NCBI GenBank assembly: GCA_001179505.1
Contig: CDMY01000376.1
Span: forward strand, 310,001-374,000
Reading direction: 5' to 3'
DNA length: 64,000 nt
From: Vitrella brassicaformis CCMP3155
Taxonomy: Eukaryota > Protista > Chromerida
In this document: positions 49,980-62,662 of the stretch, piece after piece
Layout of the letters: every line of letters begins with the position of its first letter
Numbering within the stretch: the first letter of the stretch is position 1
The notes under the pieces: generated by a model
Told to the model about the DNA's origin: nothing
The model's input: the letters and a program-made list of their open reading frames with translations, nothing else
The model's database searches: none
Made by a program: the position numbers and the translations under genes

Positions 49980-52900
49980 TCACACTGATCCACTGTACTC
50001 CGAGCCCGTCTTGGACCCCTTAGTCCTGCTGCCAGACGAACCCCGCCGGCCATGGCCACCTGAGCTCCGATGGTGTCTCTCACCCCTACCCTCCCGGCTG
50101 CTCTCCCTCTCCCGCGTCCTTGAAGACGACCGGTGCCGCTGGCCGTGGCTGTGCCCGTGGCGGCCCCTGCTGTGGCCCGCCCCATCTCCATTGGCGGAGA
50201 GCTGCTCAGGCGTGAAGGAGGTCAGCTGCTCATCCTCAGGGACGGGACGGGGCACAGACGACGACCGGCGAGCGCGCGAAGACGATGACCTGCGTCCATG
50301 CTGCTGCTGGTGCTGCCCGGCTGTGACGGAAGAGTGGTAGGAGGCCTCGCTCATCGAGCCCACACCAGCCCCACCCCCAACCGCCGTGCCCCTGACGCCA
50401 TTTGCCGCAACCAGGCCCGGGTGAATCCTCGTGGCCGCGTCGTTCTGGTAGTCGGTGGTGCGGGTGCGGTCGTCCTCGGTGTCGGTCATGTCCTCGGGAC
50501 GGCCTCCTGCACGTGAGGGCACGTGCAGGTGGTTCGGTGGCATACGGCTGACGGACGTGAGGCCCGACATGCTGGTGATGGTGCTCTGGTTGGTGGGGGA
50601 GGCCTGGGAGTGCTGTGAGTGGGTGACCGATACGGGGACAGACACCGGCACCGAGAGGATTGAGGAGCCCTCGTCGGTGTAGGTCATGGTCCCGCCGTCG
50701 TCCTCAGTGTGGGTGTAGGTGTGGGTGTGGGTGTAGCTGGAGCCAGAGAGATACGAGGACGTGTAGGTGTAGGAGCCCGACTGCGAGTGGCTGCCCGATT
50801 CCGATTCGGTGTGCTCGCTGCCCCCGCTGCCATCTGGGTCGAGCCCCTCCTCCCACACACATCCATCCAGACCGTCGCTGGTCGTCCCGGGCGATGGCGG
50901 CGGCACCTGGCTGTGTGCGGGGGTGACGGTGGGTTCCCCGCCGATGCCCTTCATGGCCTTTGCGCGTTCGGCCTTGAGCTGCTTCCTCTTCCAGACGTAG
51001 GGCCTGACATATCTGCGATAGAGGCAGGGCGAGACGAGCCCAAAGGCCACCGCGCCGACGATGGTGAAGCAGATGAGCAGGATGGCCCACACGGGGAAGG
51101 GGGCAGGGTCGGCCTTGACTTGCTGGAAGGACCTCGCCACGCACCGGATGTCCAGCTCGGTCGGCACCCACTTGCGGCCGTCACACCGGACCTGCCGCTG
51201 GCTCGGCGACCCGGGGGCTGGCGCATAACCCCCCGCACACTTGACCGTCCGCACGTCGTCCTCACTCTGCCCGCTGCCCGCCACGGTGTAGTTGGCGCCA
51301 AGCCGGGGCCCGCCCTTCGGGCACCCCACGCCCACCTCACAGACGAGGCCGGGTGTGGCCCACTTGCCGTTGTTGCACTTGACCGTCTCCGGGTCTTTGC
51401 CCTGCGCCCGGACGAACCCGTCGTTGCACGAGAGGGTGCGCGTGGAGCCGTGGTCCTCGCCCACACCGCTGATGAGGTACTGAGTGCCGTTGTAGGGCGG
51501 CTCCTTGCAGGGCTTGCGGCAGAGGACGAAGGGCGTGTTGCGGGGCGGCAGCCACCGGCCGTTGTCGCACGTGACGGTCTGGGGGATGGTGGCGCCGACC
51601 GGCTCGTAGGTCGGGGTGCAGGTAATGGTGCGCGTGGAGCCGTCCCTCGTGCCGCGGCCCGTCACGTTGTACACCTGGCCCGCCTGCAACACACACATAG
51701 AGAGAGAAGGATGCGACCATCCGCCCATGACATATCTATCGAGTGCAGCTGACATACATACCTCTTCGGGCACATCGAGCGGCACCAGATCGGGACAGTC
51801 CTCTTTGGCGAGAGATTTCTGGAACTCGCCCATCCCAATGGTGCCCTTGAATGGCAGCGGCGCGGGCTCTGACGAGCTGGCCTTGGGGGTGACGCGGTCT
51901 GTGGTGGTGATGTAGGTCTTCTCGGGGTCGAGGGAGATGTTGTCGTCCTTGGCCAGGCGGTACTCGTAGAGGGACCGCATGTCGGCCAGACCGTCACGGA
52001 TGGCGTAGCCCAGCTTACCCGTCTCACGGAGGACCTTCAGACGCTGCCAGCAACCAGTGCAAACAAGGAGGATCACACGACGGTGTTTTGGTCTGGTCTG
52101 TGTGTTGTGTGATCGATCTGCTCCTTCACCTGCTTGACTCGCTTGGCATGCGCCCCCACATCGACGGCCATCTCAATGTGCACGCTGCCCGGCCACAGCC
52201 GCACCTCAATCACATCGCTGGGCAGCACCCCAAGCGCCTTAGCCACCGTCTGCTGCATCACCAGCTGCAGAGCTTTGTCGATCGGCGGCAGCTTTTTGGT
52301 TCCATTCACCCCGTCCACCACCAGGTCATAGTCCAGGTTGTCCAGCGTCAGGCCCGTCTTGACGATCTGCCGTCGGAGGCCGTGCGCACAGGTCCTGTCG
52401 AGTGTGACGGCGCACTTCTGCTCTATCCATGCGAGGGAGCGGTCGAGTTGCCATTTGGGCGGAGAGGGCAGGGCGGGGTGGCCGCTGTCGAGCCGCAGAG
52501 CCTCGCGAAGCACCTCGTAAAGCGGGCCGAGGCAGCACCCTTTGTCTTCCAGCTCAGCTGACCATTAATCACATCAGTCATGACACACACACAGAGCCAT
52601 GTGTTTTGTTTGTGAAGGGTGGCGGGGCGGGGTGTGTCTGTGACTCCCATCACACACAGACTGACTGTTTTACCAGTGATTCCGTTTTTGCAGTTGATGG
52701 GCGAGTCGGTGCGGACACAGCTGAAGTTGGGGTGGAAGGGCGAGCAGATGGCGTCGTCGGCACCGGCTGACACGCCCTCCTTGTAAACGGGGTTGCCCTT
52801 GCTGCCTGCTGACGGGCTCATCAGCGACTGAATGAATGAACCACACACCAGCCCATGCACAGTACACACATGTCATATGGCGCTGTGGTCTGGTCTGGCG

Positions 52901-55900
52901 TGGTCTGATCTGGTCTGGCGTGTTGTGGTTACGTGGGTGATGGTGTCGAGCCTGGTCGTCTGTGCGAGGCGTTCGTCGACGTGGGGGAACATGTTCCGGA
53001 AGAAACAGTCCTCACGGTCGTAGTCACACGCGGCGTTGAAGCAGATTGCATCACACGCACCATCTGCACACACACACACACACAGAGTGCGTCCACCACA
53101 CAAGGTCTGTCTCATTCAGTCTGGGTTTCTCACCTCCAATGTACTCAACAGGGCATCGACAGTCGGGGTAGTCCCGTTTGCTTGCGGGGATGTAGGAGAC
53201 TTTGTTGCGTGTGTCCCGGTACTGGAACAGGTACTCGCCGCAGTATCGGCCGTTGTCGTTCTTCTGGCAGAAGAACCGGCCGTAGGACACCAGCAGCGAC
53301 CCCATCGCCTTGTCGTGGGGGTCGTTGTGCTTGACGCCACGATCTGCCACCACCTGTGGGCAGAGCGGACACACACATCCACAGACACATCCACACACAG
53401 ACGCGTGTATGTATGTCTAGGAAGGGGGCGGAAAAGGGTTGCAACTTACCTCTCCGAGTCGTCTTGCGACAAGAGTGAAGCAGGGGTCGACACATGGGTC
53501 GAGTGCGCCGTTCCTGTCCCTCGGCTGCATGGTCACGGGGTTACTGTCTGCTATCTTCTGCACGGCCTTGGCGCAGTACCCCCTCTCGCTGCTCGACACC
53601 GACCCGTCGGGGTCGTCCCTCAAACACATGAGGTCGATCGTCCGCTCGGTGAAGCCGCCCAGGTAGTCCTCAACCGTCGGGGTCGACAGCCGCCGCCGCC
53701 TCGCGTCCGCCACACCGGCGTAGTCCATGACCGGCGCCACGAGGCCCCCAACCACGCCATCGATGTCAAGTCCACCTTCGGAAACCACCCGGCCGGCCAC
53801 ATCGATGTCACGCGCCACTGTGGGTGCCATGGAGAGCCGTCGTGTGTGTGGGTGGCCGGCGAGCTTGTGCAGTGCGCGGAAGTAGCGGAGGTTGGATCTG
53901 AAGCATGAGTCTGTGGGGCAGTCGGTGTCGAGCTGTGAGGGCCGCTTGAGTGCGAATCGGTCGATGGAGAAGTTGTCGTCGTCCTGGCCGGCTGAGGCGA
54001 AGCAGTAGGAGGATTCGGACTCGCTGGGGGACTGGTAACACCACGACTCGAGAAGCGCCCTACACACGCGCACACCACACACAATGGCATGCCGCACGCA
54101 CAATGGTGTGTGTGGGTCTTGTGGGTGTGGTGGGGTCAGGGGGCGTAGCGTACCTGCCGACTTTGACGTCATCGCACATGTGGCCCTTTCGTCCCTCATA
54201 CTTCTTGATGATTGTGTTGTTGATCTTGTTGCGGCAGCTGCTGGCCGCGCCGCTCCCGCCACCCTCGCAGAACAGTCGCACCTTGTCGTCGCTCTCGCCG
54301 TATAGCCACGCGCCGCACTCCCCCTCCAAAACGTCGAACAACGCCGGCAAAAACCCGCAGCACCCGTCGTCCCCATCCTCGTGGCCCTTGCACACATCCG
54401 GAGAGTTGCCGATGACCGGGACGGAGAAGTCCTCTGTGTCGCTGTGGCCGGAGAGGGGCTGCTTCTCGCATCTGAGGATCTCCCTGATGGATGGCTCGAA
54501 CTGTCCGTCCTTGCACTTGACCTCTGCGCTGCCCTTTTTGGGTTTCTTCTTGGGCGCCTTGGTCTTCTTGACGTTGGGGGCGCAGTCGACAATGCGGACG
54601 TCGCCGTGGGCGGAGCCGTTGACCCCCTTGTACTCGAACTGACCGACAGACACCCACAGACACACAGACAGATGCACACAACACAAATGGGTTGGTGGGG
54701 TGGTCTGGGAGTGTGTATGGTCTCACCGTGTAGAGTGATGTGTCCAGGGCTTTGAAGTCGCCTTCGCCGCAGTTGCGGCACGGACGGCAATCGGACCCGC
54801 CGCAGTCAATGCCCTGTGCGTGTGACATCCCATGACGCCCCCACCCAAACAGCGTATACGTGAGAAATGAAAGTGGGCAGCGGGGAGAGCTCTGAAGTCT
54901 CATTTACCTTTTCGTTTCCGTTCTGGACGCCGTCGGTGCACGAGACGCATGCCCTGTCGCAGCTGCCCCCGCAGTCCACACCCGTCTCATCGCCATTCGC
55001 AACGCCATCGTCACACGTGGGCTCTGACACACACACACACACACATGGACCACCCAGTGGATGGATGGATGGATGGATGTGTGTGTGTCCCTCACTTTTG
55101 CAGACGAGCCGCAGTTTGTTTGTGTTGATGACCCCGTTGTCGCACTCGGCCTCCTCAGTGGTGCAGAGGTCCTTGTCGCTCTCCACCTCACCGATCGCCT
55201 GGTAGTACCCCTTGGCGCACTCCACCTCCACACCATCGCCGTGGTCGATGGCATCGTGGTCACCGCCGTGCGATGCCGTGGCGCGGTAAGCCTTGTTGGT
55301 GGTCTTGAAGGGCGCCTTGCACTCCTTGCAGGGGCTCTTGCAGGAGCCGCCGCAGTCGGTGCCCTCCTCGTCGCCGTTTTTGAGCTTGTCTTGGCATGAG
55401 GGGCACTTGTCCTTGGGGCAGCTGCCGCCGCAGTCCACGCTTGTCTCGTCGCNNNNNNNNNNNNNNNNNNNNNNNNNNNNNNNNNNNNNNNNNNNNNNNN
55501 NNNNNNNNNNNNNNNNNNNNNNNNNNNNNNNNNNNNNNNNNNNNNNNNNNNNNNNNNNNNNNNNNNNNNNNNNNNNNNNNNNNNNNNNNNNNNNNNNNNN
55601 NNNNNNNNNNNNNNNNNNNNNNNNNNNNNNNNNNNNNNNNNNNNNNNNNNNNNNNNNNNNNNNNNNNNNNNNNNNNNNNNNNNNNNNNNNNNNNNNNNNN
55701 NNNNNNNNNNNNNNNNNNNNNNNNNNNNNNNNNNNNNNNNNNNNNNNNNNNNGGGGGGGGGGGGGGGTGCAGGGATGGGTGGTGGGTGTCTGTCGGTGTT
55801 CGTGGTGGTCACCCACATAGGTATACGCATACTCACCGTTTTTGATTCCGTCAGTGCACGAGGGTGGGCATGGCTTCCCGCATGTCTTGCCGCAGTCCAC

Positions 55901-58900
55901 CCCCTCCTCATCGCCGTTCTTAATCCCATCAGAGCTGAAGGAAGGCACATACATACAAACACATGTACACATCGTCTGTCTGGTGTAGCTAGCCACGCAG
56001 CCACCCCGTGTGTGTCGTTGTGTGTGTCTGTCATCCATCGGTCCCTCCCACCCGTACCATGAGGAGCAGTCTTTGCTGCACGAGCCGCCACAGTCGACTC
56101 CCTCCTCATCGCCGCTCTTGACGCCGTCAGAACAGCTCGGGACTGACCAAGCCAAGCACCAACACATCCATCCATCCATTTCTCCCCCCACCCACACATC
56201 TAGCTCAGCTCAGCTTACATGAGCAGATGGTGGCGGGTCTGTCGAAGCGTCCGTCCCTGCAGGTAATGGTGTAGTGCTTGGGGCCGCACGTGTGGATGGC
56301 CGACTTCTTGCACATCAAGGTCCGCTGCGCCAAGTGCGTCAGGTCGCCCTTCTGCGGAGAGATGTCGTACGTCCCGCGATACGGACTCAGCTGATCTTCG
56401 CTGCACCGGGCCTTGCAGGTGAGGTTGGCCTTGGAGTCCCACTTGCCGTCTCTGCAGGTGATGGTCTGCTTGGCGCTGCCCCCGGACGCGTCGTAGCCCT
56501 CCTGGCACCGCACCTCTCGCGTCGACCCGTGGGTGAGGCCGTAGCCCGTCACCTCATAACGAGACGGAGCCGAGAAGTCCTTGCACAGCCCTGACAACAC
56601 ACACACATGCGTCTTCCCTGCCATCGTCCATATCATCTGCTGCTCCTTACGGTGGCATTTGAGTGGCACTTTATCGCCCTTCTCGCCACCTCCCTGCCCC
56701 ACCCACACCCCATCACGACACACGATGCGGGCCGGCGGGGTGCCCTCGGACGGCGACGCGCTCGCCGAGCACAGGAGGGAGGCCGTCGACTCGTGCTTGA
56801 AGGTGGTGGTCGCCTCGGATGAATCAAACATGTAGGCGGGGCCGAACTGGTCGGTGGGCGGCGGGCATGCCCCCCTGCAGATGAGGCGCTTGAGGCTCCA
56901 CGCGCCGCCCTGCCTGCAGCTGACCTCCTCACCCTCTTTGCCGCTCTCCAGCGTCGCGTTGGATTTGCAGCTGAGGCTGAGCGTGTCGCCGATGAACTGG
57001 CCGTCGCCCTCGATGGCGTAGCCGTTGCCGTCAGGGTCGTACTTGCCACATGACCGCTCGCACTCCAGCTTGTAAGGGGACCACCTGCCGTCCTCGCACG
57101 TGGATGTGGCCATCTCCCCCTGACGCGAGGCGAACCCTTCGGCGCATGAGATGTTGTAGGTGGTGCCGTGGTCGGTGCCTTTGCCCTTGACTATGTACTC
57201 CTTGGTGGGCTCGGGGAAGGGGCCGCACTTGCCCTTGCATGAGAGACCCAGTTTGGTCCACTTGAGGGGACTCCCGCCGCAGCCGACCGTCTCGGGCTCC
57301 TTCCCTGACACACGCGTTGCGCCATCGGCACACCTGCACACGCAACACGAGAAACAGGGATGGGCTGTGGTGTGTGTGCGCTCATCCATCCACTTACACG
57401 ACGGTTCGTTTGTCGCCCTCAGTGGTGCCGGTGCCGTCGACTTCATAGCGGATGCCGAGAGAGGGGAACGGGCCACACGTGGGGCCGCAACGCAGCGATG
57501 GGGTGCCCCACTTGCCTGCATGACATGACATGACAGACAACACCCACGCGAGACACCACACACACGACATGTCCATGTCCATGTGCATGCGACCACGTGT
57601 GTCTGTGTGTGTGTAGGCACCGTCATTGCATCCAATGGGTTCGGGCTCCTCTCCTTCGGTGGGTGCGTAGTTGGGTCCGCAGCTTATCTGCAGCTCGGTT
57701 CCGTGTTCGGTGCCGTCGCCCTCGACAGTGTACTGGGTGCCCATGTCCTGGAAGAAGCCGCAGTCCGCCTTGCACTCGAGCGTCCGGTTGCTCCACTCCC
57801 CGTTGATGCAGTCAATCGTCTGCGTCTGGTTCTCACCCGCCGCACTGAACCCATCAGCGCATGACACCTGGCGAGTGGCGCCATGCCACCGCCCGCGACC
57901 GCTGATCTTGTAGCCCGTCCCAAGGTTGCCGTACTCGGAGCATGGCACTGATCACACCACACACAGAGAGACGGACAGCGAAAGAATGAGTGTGTGTGTG
58001 TGTTGGGGGAGGGGGGGGGGGGGNNNNNNNNNNNNNNNNNNNNNNNNNNNNNNNNNNNNNNNNNNNNNNNNNNNNNNNNNNNNNNNNNNNNNNNNNNNNN
58101 NNNNNNNNNNNNNNNNNNNNNNNNNNNNNNNNNNNNNNNNNNNNNNNNNNNNNNNNNNNNNNNNNNNNNNNNNNNNNNNNNNNNNNNNNNNNNNNNNNNN
58201 NNNNNNNNNNNNNNNNNNNNNNNNNNNNNNNNNNNNNNNNNNNNNNNNNNNNNNNNNNNNNNNNNNNNNNNNNNNNNNNNNNNNNNNNNNNNNNNNNNNN
58301 NNNNNNNNNNNNNNNNNNNNNNNGGGGGGGGGGGGGGGGGGGCGAGAGGGAGAGGGTTTGTGTGTTTACATACCGCCATAGGTTCTGAAGACGAGAGTGT
58401 CTGGTTTGACGGGTCCCCATGGGTTGTAGGCGAGGTCGGTGACGGCGCCCTTGTAGACGATGATGTCGTACACCTCGCCGTAGAAAAACGGCTCGGGCGG
58501 CTTCAACACGATGTCGCGCGTCTGGTTGGATATTATGTACTTCTGGCGCATGCCCGCCTCGAAGTCAGGAATAATGGTGATGTTCTGCTTCGAGTGACGA
58601 CCTGCAGTGAACCACACACATCCAGCCATTATCCACACACGTGTGCACCCATATATATCATGCATACCGACCGGCAAAGACGATGGCTGCCCAGTGCCCC
58701 CAAGTGACAGGCTCGTCGAACCTCATCACAATCTCAGTGTCGATGGGCACGTCCCGCGCACCGATGGCCGGCTTGATGTCGATGAGGGTGGGGGGCGTCT
58801 TGTCGGGCGCCTGGGCGCATTTCACGTGGACCCGCTGCTCGATGAAGCCCTTGTTGTAAAACTTGAGCCAGGAGCCAGACATGGGGCGGTCGGGCTCCTT

Positions 58901-61900
58901 GGACTTGGCCACCATGTCTGGATCGGCCAGAGCCAGCATCTGATCGGTCTCCAGGTTGTTGTCGATCAACCAGGTCGCACGCGCAGCTGATGCGATGCGA
59001 TGCGATGCGAGAGGGACAAACATACAAACATGACACACGAGAGAAGGGCGTTGGGTGTGGTGTGGGTGGGAGGAGGTTGTGTTGTGTGTTCGGCTTACTG
59101 TCTGATTTCTTTCGCCAGTAGAGGAACAGATTGGCCCCCTCGCCACCCCGCCACGACGCCTTGCCGTTCTGCGGCTCGATGGACGTGTACAGGCCGTTCG
59201 CATTGCCGTTGGGCGTCAGAAAGCCTAAACACACACACATACACACACACGCGCCCACACCCATGCGTGTCTGTCTCAGGTTGCTCCCGCCCGCCAGTCT
59301 GTGTGTCTCTCTGTGTACCTTACTTACCGGTGACATAGATGAATGGGCATCCGGCGTCCTTTCGCAGGGAGAAGCGGTAGTTGACCCGACCGCCATTCCA
59401 GTTCCCCTGCAAGTCTTTGACGATTCCCAGCTCGTACGCCACGAGGTAGTCGCCGGGCGGCAAGGACCTGATGCGCTGGTCGGGGATGACCGTCAGCTTC
59501 TGCCCGTCCAGCTTGACGTCGTAGTGCGCCCCCGAGGGCTTCCGTCCGATCATCATGTCGTACTGTTGCGACTGGTTGTTGGTGTTGATGAGAACGATGC
59601 GGCGGTAGTCCTCGGCGACCTCGACGTTCTCGTTCCAGACCATGGTGATCTCCTTGAGCGGCGGGATGGCCACCGAGTTGTTGCGTGGGTAGGTCGACTC
59701 GACGAACGGGGGGTAGGTGTCCTTCTGGCACTCGCCGTCCACACAGAACTCGCCGTCAGCACACTCACTTGTCAGCACACACTCACCTGCACGAAGCCAT
59801 GCATGCCGTGGATAAACAATACCGTCCGTGGTGTGGTGTGCCGTGGGGGATGGGATGATGGGATGTGGGGAGGGGTTGTGTAGCGTAGCGTACCGACAGA
59901 GAGGATGCCCAGGTCGGCGTCGAAGTCCTCCTCCTGGTTGCAGGGGATGCCGTCGCCGCCCAGGTCCTGACCGCTGCACCCGCACATCCGATTAGTACCT
60001 GCACACACACATGGGCGGGCGCAATAAGAAAGAGCGATGGCGGAGACAGTGAGAGCATGAGCGCTTTTGTCTGTCTTGTCTTTTTTACCGACGATCATGT
60101 CAGTGCCGAGATTGATGTCGCATGTGTTGTCCTTGTCGACGTCGAAGAGGCAGGGCAGGGCTTTGCTGTCGATGTAGTCGGGGTCGAGGGCGCGGTCGGC
60201 GCCGCACTCCTGAGACAGAGCCAGCGGGACCACCTTGAACACCTCGCGAGTTGCCTGCACACGACACACACATCAAGATGAGATGAGATGACGGTAGATT
60301 TGCGGGATGAGTGTGTGTGGGTACAATACATTGGATGCGAGTGCGGCGATGGTGCACTGCTGGTCCATGACGCATTGGTAGGCGGTGATGCCCGCCTGTG
60401 CGGCCGTGACGAGGAACCCGCCGCAGTGCATCCCCGTGCAGTAGGCGAACAGCTTGTTGGTGCAGTGCTGGTTGTCTGTGCACTCCTGCACACCCAACAT
60501 ACCTGCAGCCACACACACACCACACACCATCCACACACCACCCAACCACAAACATATGCCCGAATGAATGAATGGACGTCAGAGGGATCTGACATTCAAT
60601 GGCGTACGTGCTACGCACCTAGAGGGACTCTATAGTCTTCCGGTTCGTCGCAGGGTGTCTCTGATGGCCCGACATTCATCCCCGGGCAGCCGCACAGCCG
60701 CACGCCCTCTCGCTCGATGGAGGCGTTGCGCCGGAAGCCCACACCGAAGTTGACCTCACACCCGTCCGTATTGCCCGCCTCGCATGGATGCACATTCTGC
60801 TGGAACATCGAATCTGCGGACATCACACAACACAACAACATCCGATCCGCCTGTGCTGTGCATGTCGCTCGCTGTGCCTGTCTGTCTGTCCGTCCTGTGC
60901 GTGGTTACATACATTTGCCAGGGAGGATGGCTCCCGCGCCGCACTGTGCGTGTGGGCTGATGGCGGCCACCACAAAGGTGTTGTCGATGCCGCTGCCGGG
61001 GAGGTCGTCCTTTGTCAGCTGGCAGAAGTAGCCCTCCACGCATATCTTCATCCGGCTGTCGGTCAGGTCCGGCTCGAGCCCGCGGCACCGCCCGTCAGTG
61101 CACACACCGAACCCCGAGAAGCAGTCCCCGTCCACCTGACACTTCCCCCCGGCCCCCAAGGCAGTGACATTGCCTGACTGAGTGGCGTTGGGCGGGCTCG
61201 CATTGCCGGCCGCCTGCAGCCGTCTCGCCACGTGCGTCGACGGCCTCCCAATGCCGCCCTCATACCCCATGTCGATCTGAATCATGTGGGAGGCGGGGTG
61301 GACGGTCAGCCTCCCCAGGGTGGAGGTGAAGTCCTCCGGGTCGGTGCAGTTGTTGACGTCTGCGCATCCGCAAAGGGTGGCCTCCATGGCGTCGGTCATG
61401 ATGCCGAGATTGACGCGGCAGTTAGTCTCGTCCTCACTGCCGGACGCCAGACACGGCCAGGAGAGCACGTGGGCCGGGAGGGGGAGGGATGGGGGAGCGC
61501 CCGCGTCGAGGCCGGTGTCGGTGGTGAGGTTGAGGTGGTGCTGGCTGTGGGTGTTTGGGAGGACGAGGAAGCCCTCATTGCGCCAGCGGGCGGGCTCGAT
61601 GGGCGCCAGGGGGGCGTGGACGGACTCGGGCTCTTCCTGATGCACTATCAACCTGAGTCAGGAACCAGCGTCGCACACATGACAGACAGATCTCCTCACT
61701 CTCTTTGCATCCACTCATTCAAACATTCCTTGAGCGTACCCCGGTGTGTCGGCTCTCCCGCAGACAGGCGTGACTTGATCAACGGCCCCATCCTCGCTCT
61801 CCTGCCCAGACTGGTGTATCATGAGGGTCACTCTGTACTTGGGCGTCACCTTCACCCCATCAATGTTGGTCAGGAAACACAGCGAGTGGCTCTCGCAGTA

Positions 61901-62662
61901 GAAGTGCGGCATCTTCTCCTCCATGGAACCAGAAGAAGAATAGTAGGGGTCGACGACAGGCGTGAACCCCCGCATGGCCAGCTGCCCCAGGGGCACCGGG
62001 TAGTCGGCCGGCTCGCTGCAGGACACGCCGTCCCCGCCCACGTCCACATTGGGGCAGCCGCACAGCCGATACACACGCATCTCCTCCACCACACCCAAGC
62101 TGTGTGGCACACAGCTCCTCTCGCTCGACGGCACACATGACGCCGCCCTCTCCTCACGATTGTCCACTCTCCCGCAAGACTGACTCGCGTCGGCCAGCAG
62201 CTGCACTCGGTGGGTCGCACCCCTGACGGACAGATCGAAGTGGCCGGGGAGGCGGGGGAGAGTGCACTCGGCCCCGACAGTGCACTCGTATCTTGGCTTG
62301 TCTGATCCAGCGAAGCCGGTGCACTTGCCCTTGTAGCACGACCGCCCGTTGCCGCAGTCGGTGTCGTCCTCACATCCCCTCAGCTCAGAGAGGACGGTGT
62401 TGCGGCGCTCGCGGGCCCATGCACCACGGGACGATGGCCCCTCAGCAAAGTCGGAGAGAGGGACGGTGATCACACGTTTCTGCACATGAAGCACAGCAGA
62501 CAGGCAGACAGAGATCGCGTGTGTGCGTGCGCCCTGTGCGCCTGTCCATGTGTGTGCATCTACCAGGTGTCGAGATGTCGCCGCATCGGCGATGTTGGTG
62601 AGTGAGAGAGCGAGGGAGGCGAGGGAGACGACGACGCCCCAGAGCAGCCGGGGCGTCACCAT
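49980..62662 (-). CDS. Giant multidomain type-I membrane protein (adhesin/receptor-like): signal peptide, 4x Cys module, 2 Ig-like (Big_5-like), ~13 Sushi/CCP, >=6 CxDGxxNGDExGxDCGGxC repeats, LNR, SEA-like, TM, Ser/His/Arg-rich tail
   Basis: Signal peptide MVTPRLLWGVVVSLASLALSLTNIADA. Ig-like starts YPPFVESTYPRNNSVAIPPLKEITMVWNENV and TPPTLIDIKPAIGARDVPIDTEIVMRFDEPV. Sushi examples HGSTREVRCQEGY...ITCRDGKW. LNR CPVEYIG|DGACDAICFNAACDYDREDC. SEA-like AKALGVLPSDVIEVRLWPGSVHIEMAV. TM WAILLICFTIVGAVAFGLVSPCLY followed by RRYVR. The splice phases checked are compatible, including across the 58024 gap. Confidence 0.8.
55453..55752. other. Assembly gap (300 N) inside the Cys-repeat region of the giant membrane protein
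   Basis: 300 N followed by a poly-G run. Confidence 0.99.
58024..58323. other. Assembly gap (300 N) in an intron, flanked by poly-G on both sides
   Basis: 300 N with G-runs at ~58009-58023 and ~58324-58341. Confidence 0.99.
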
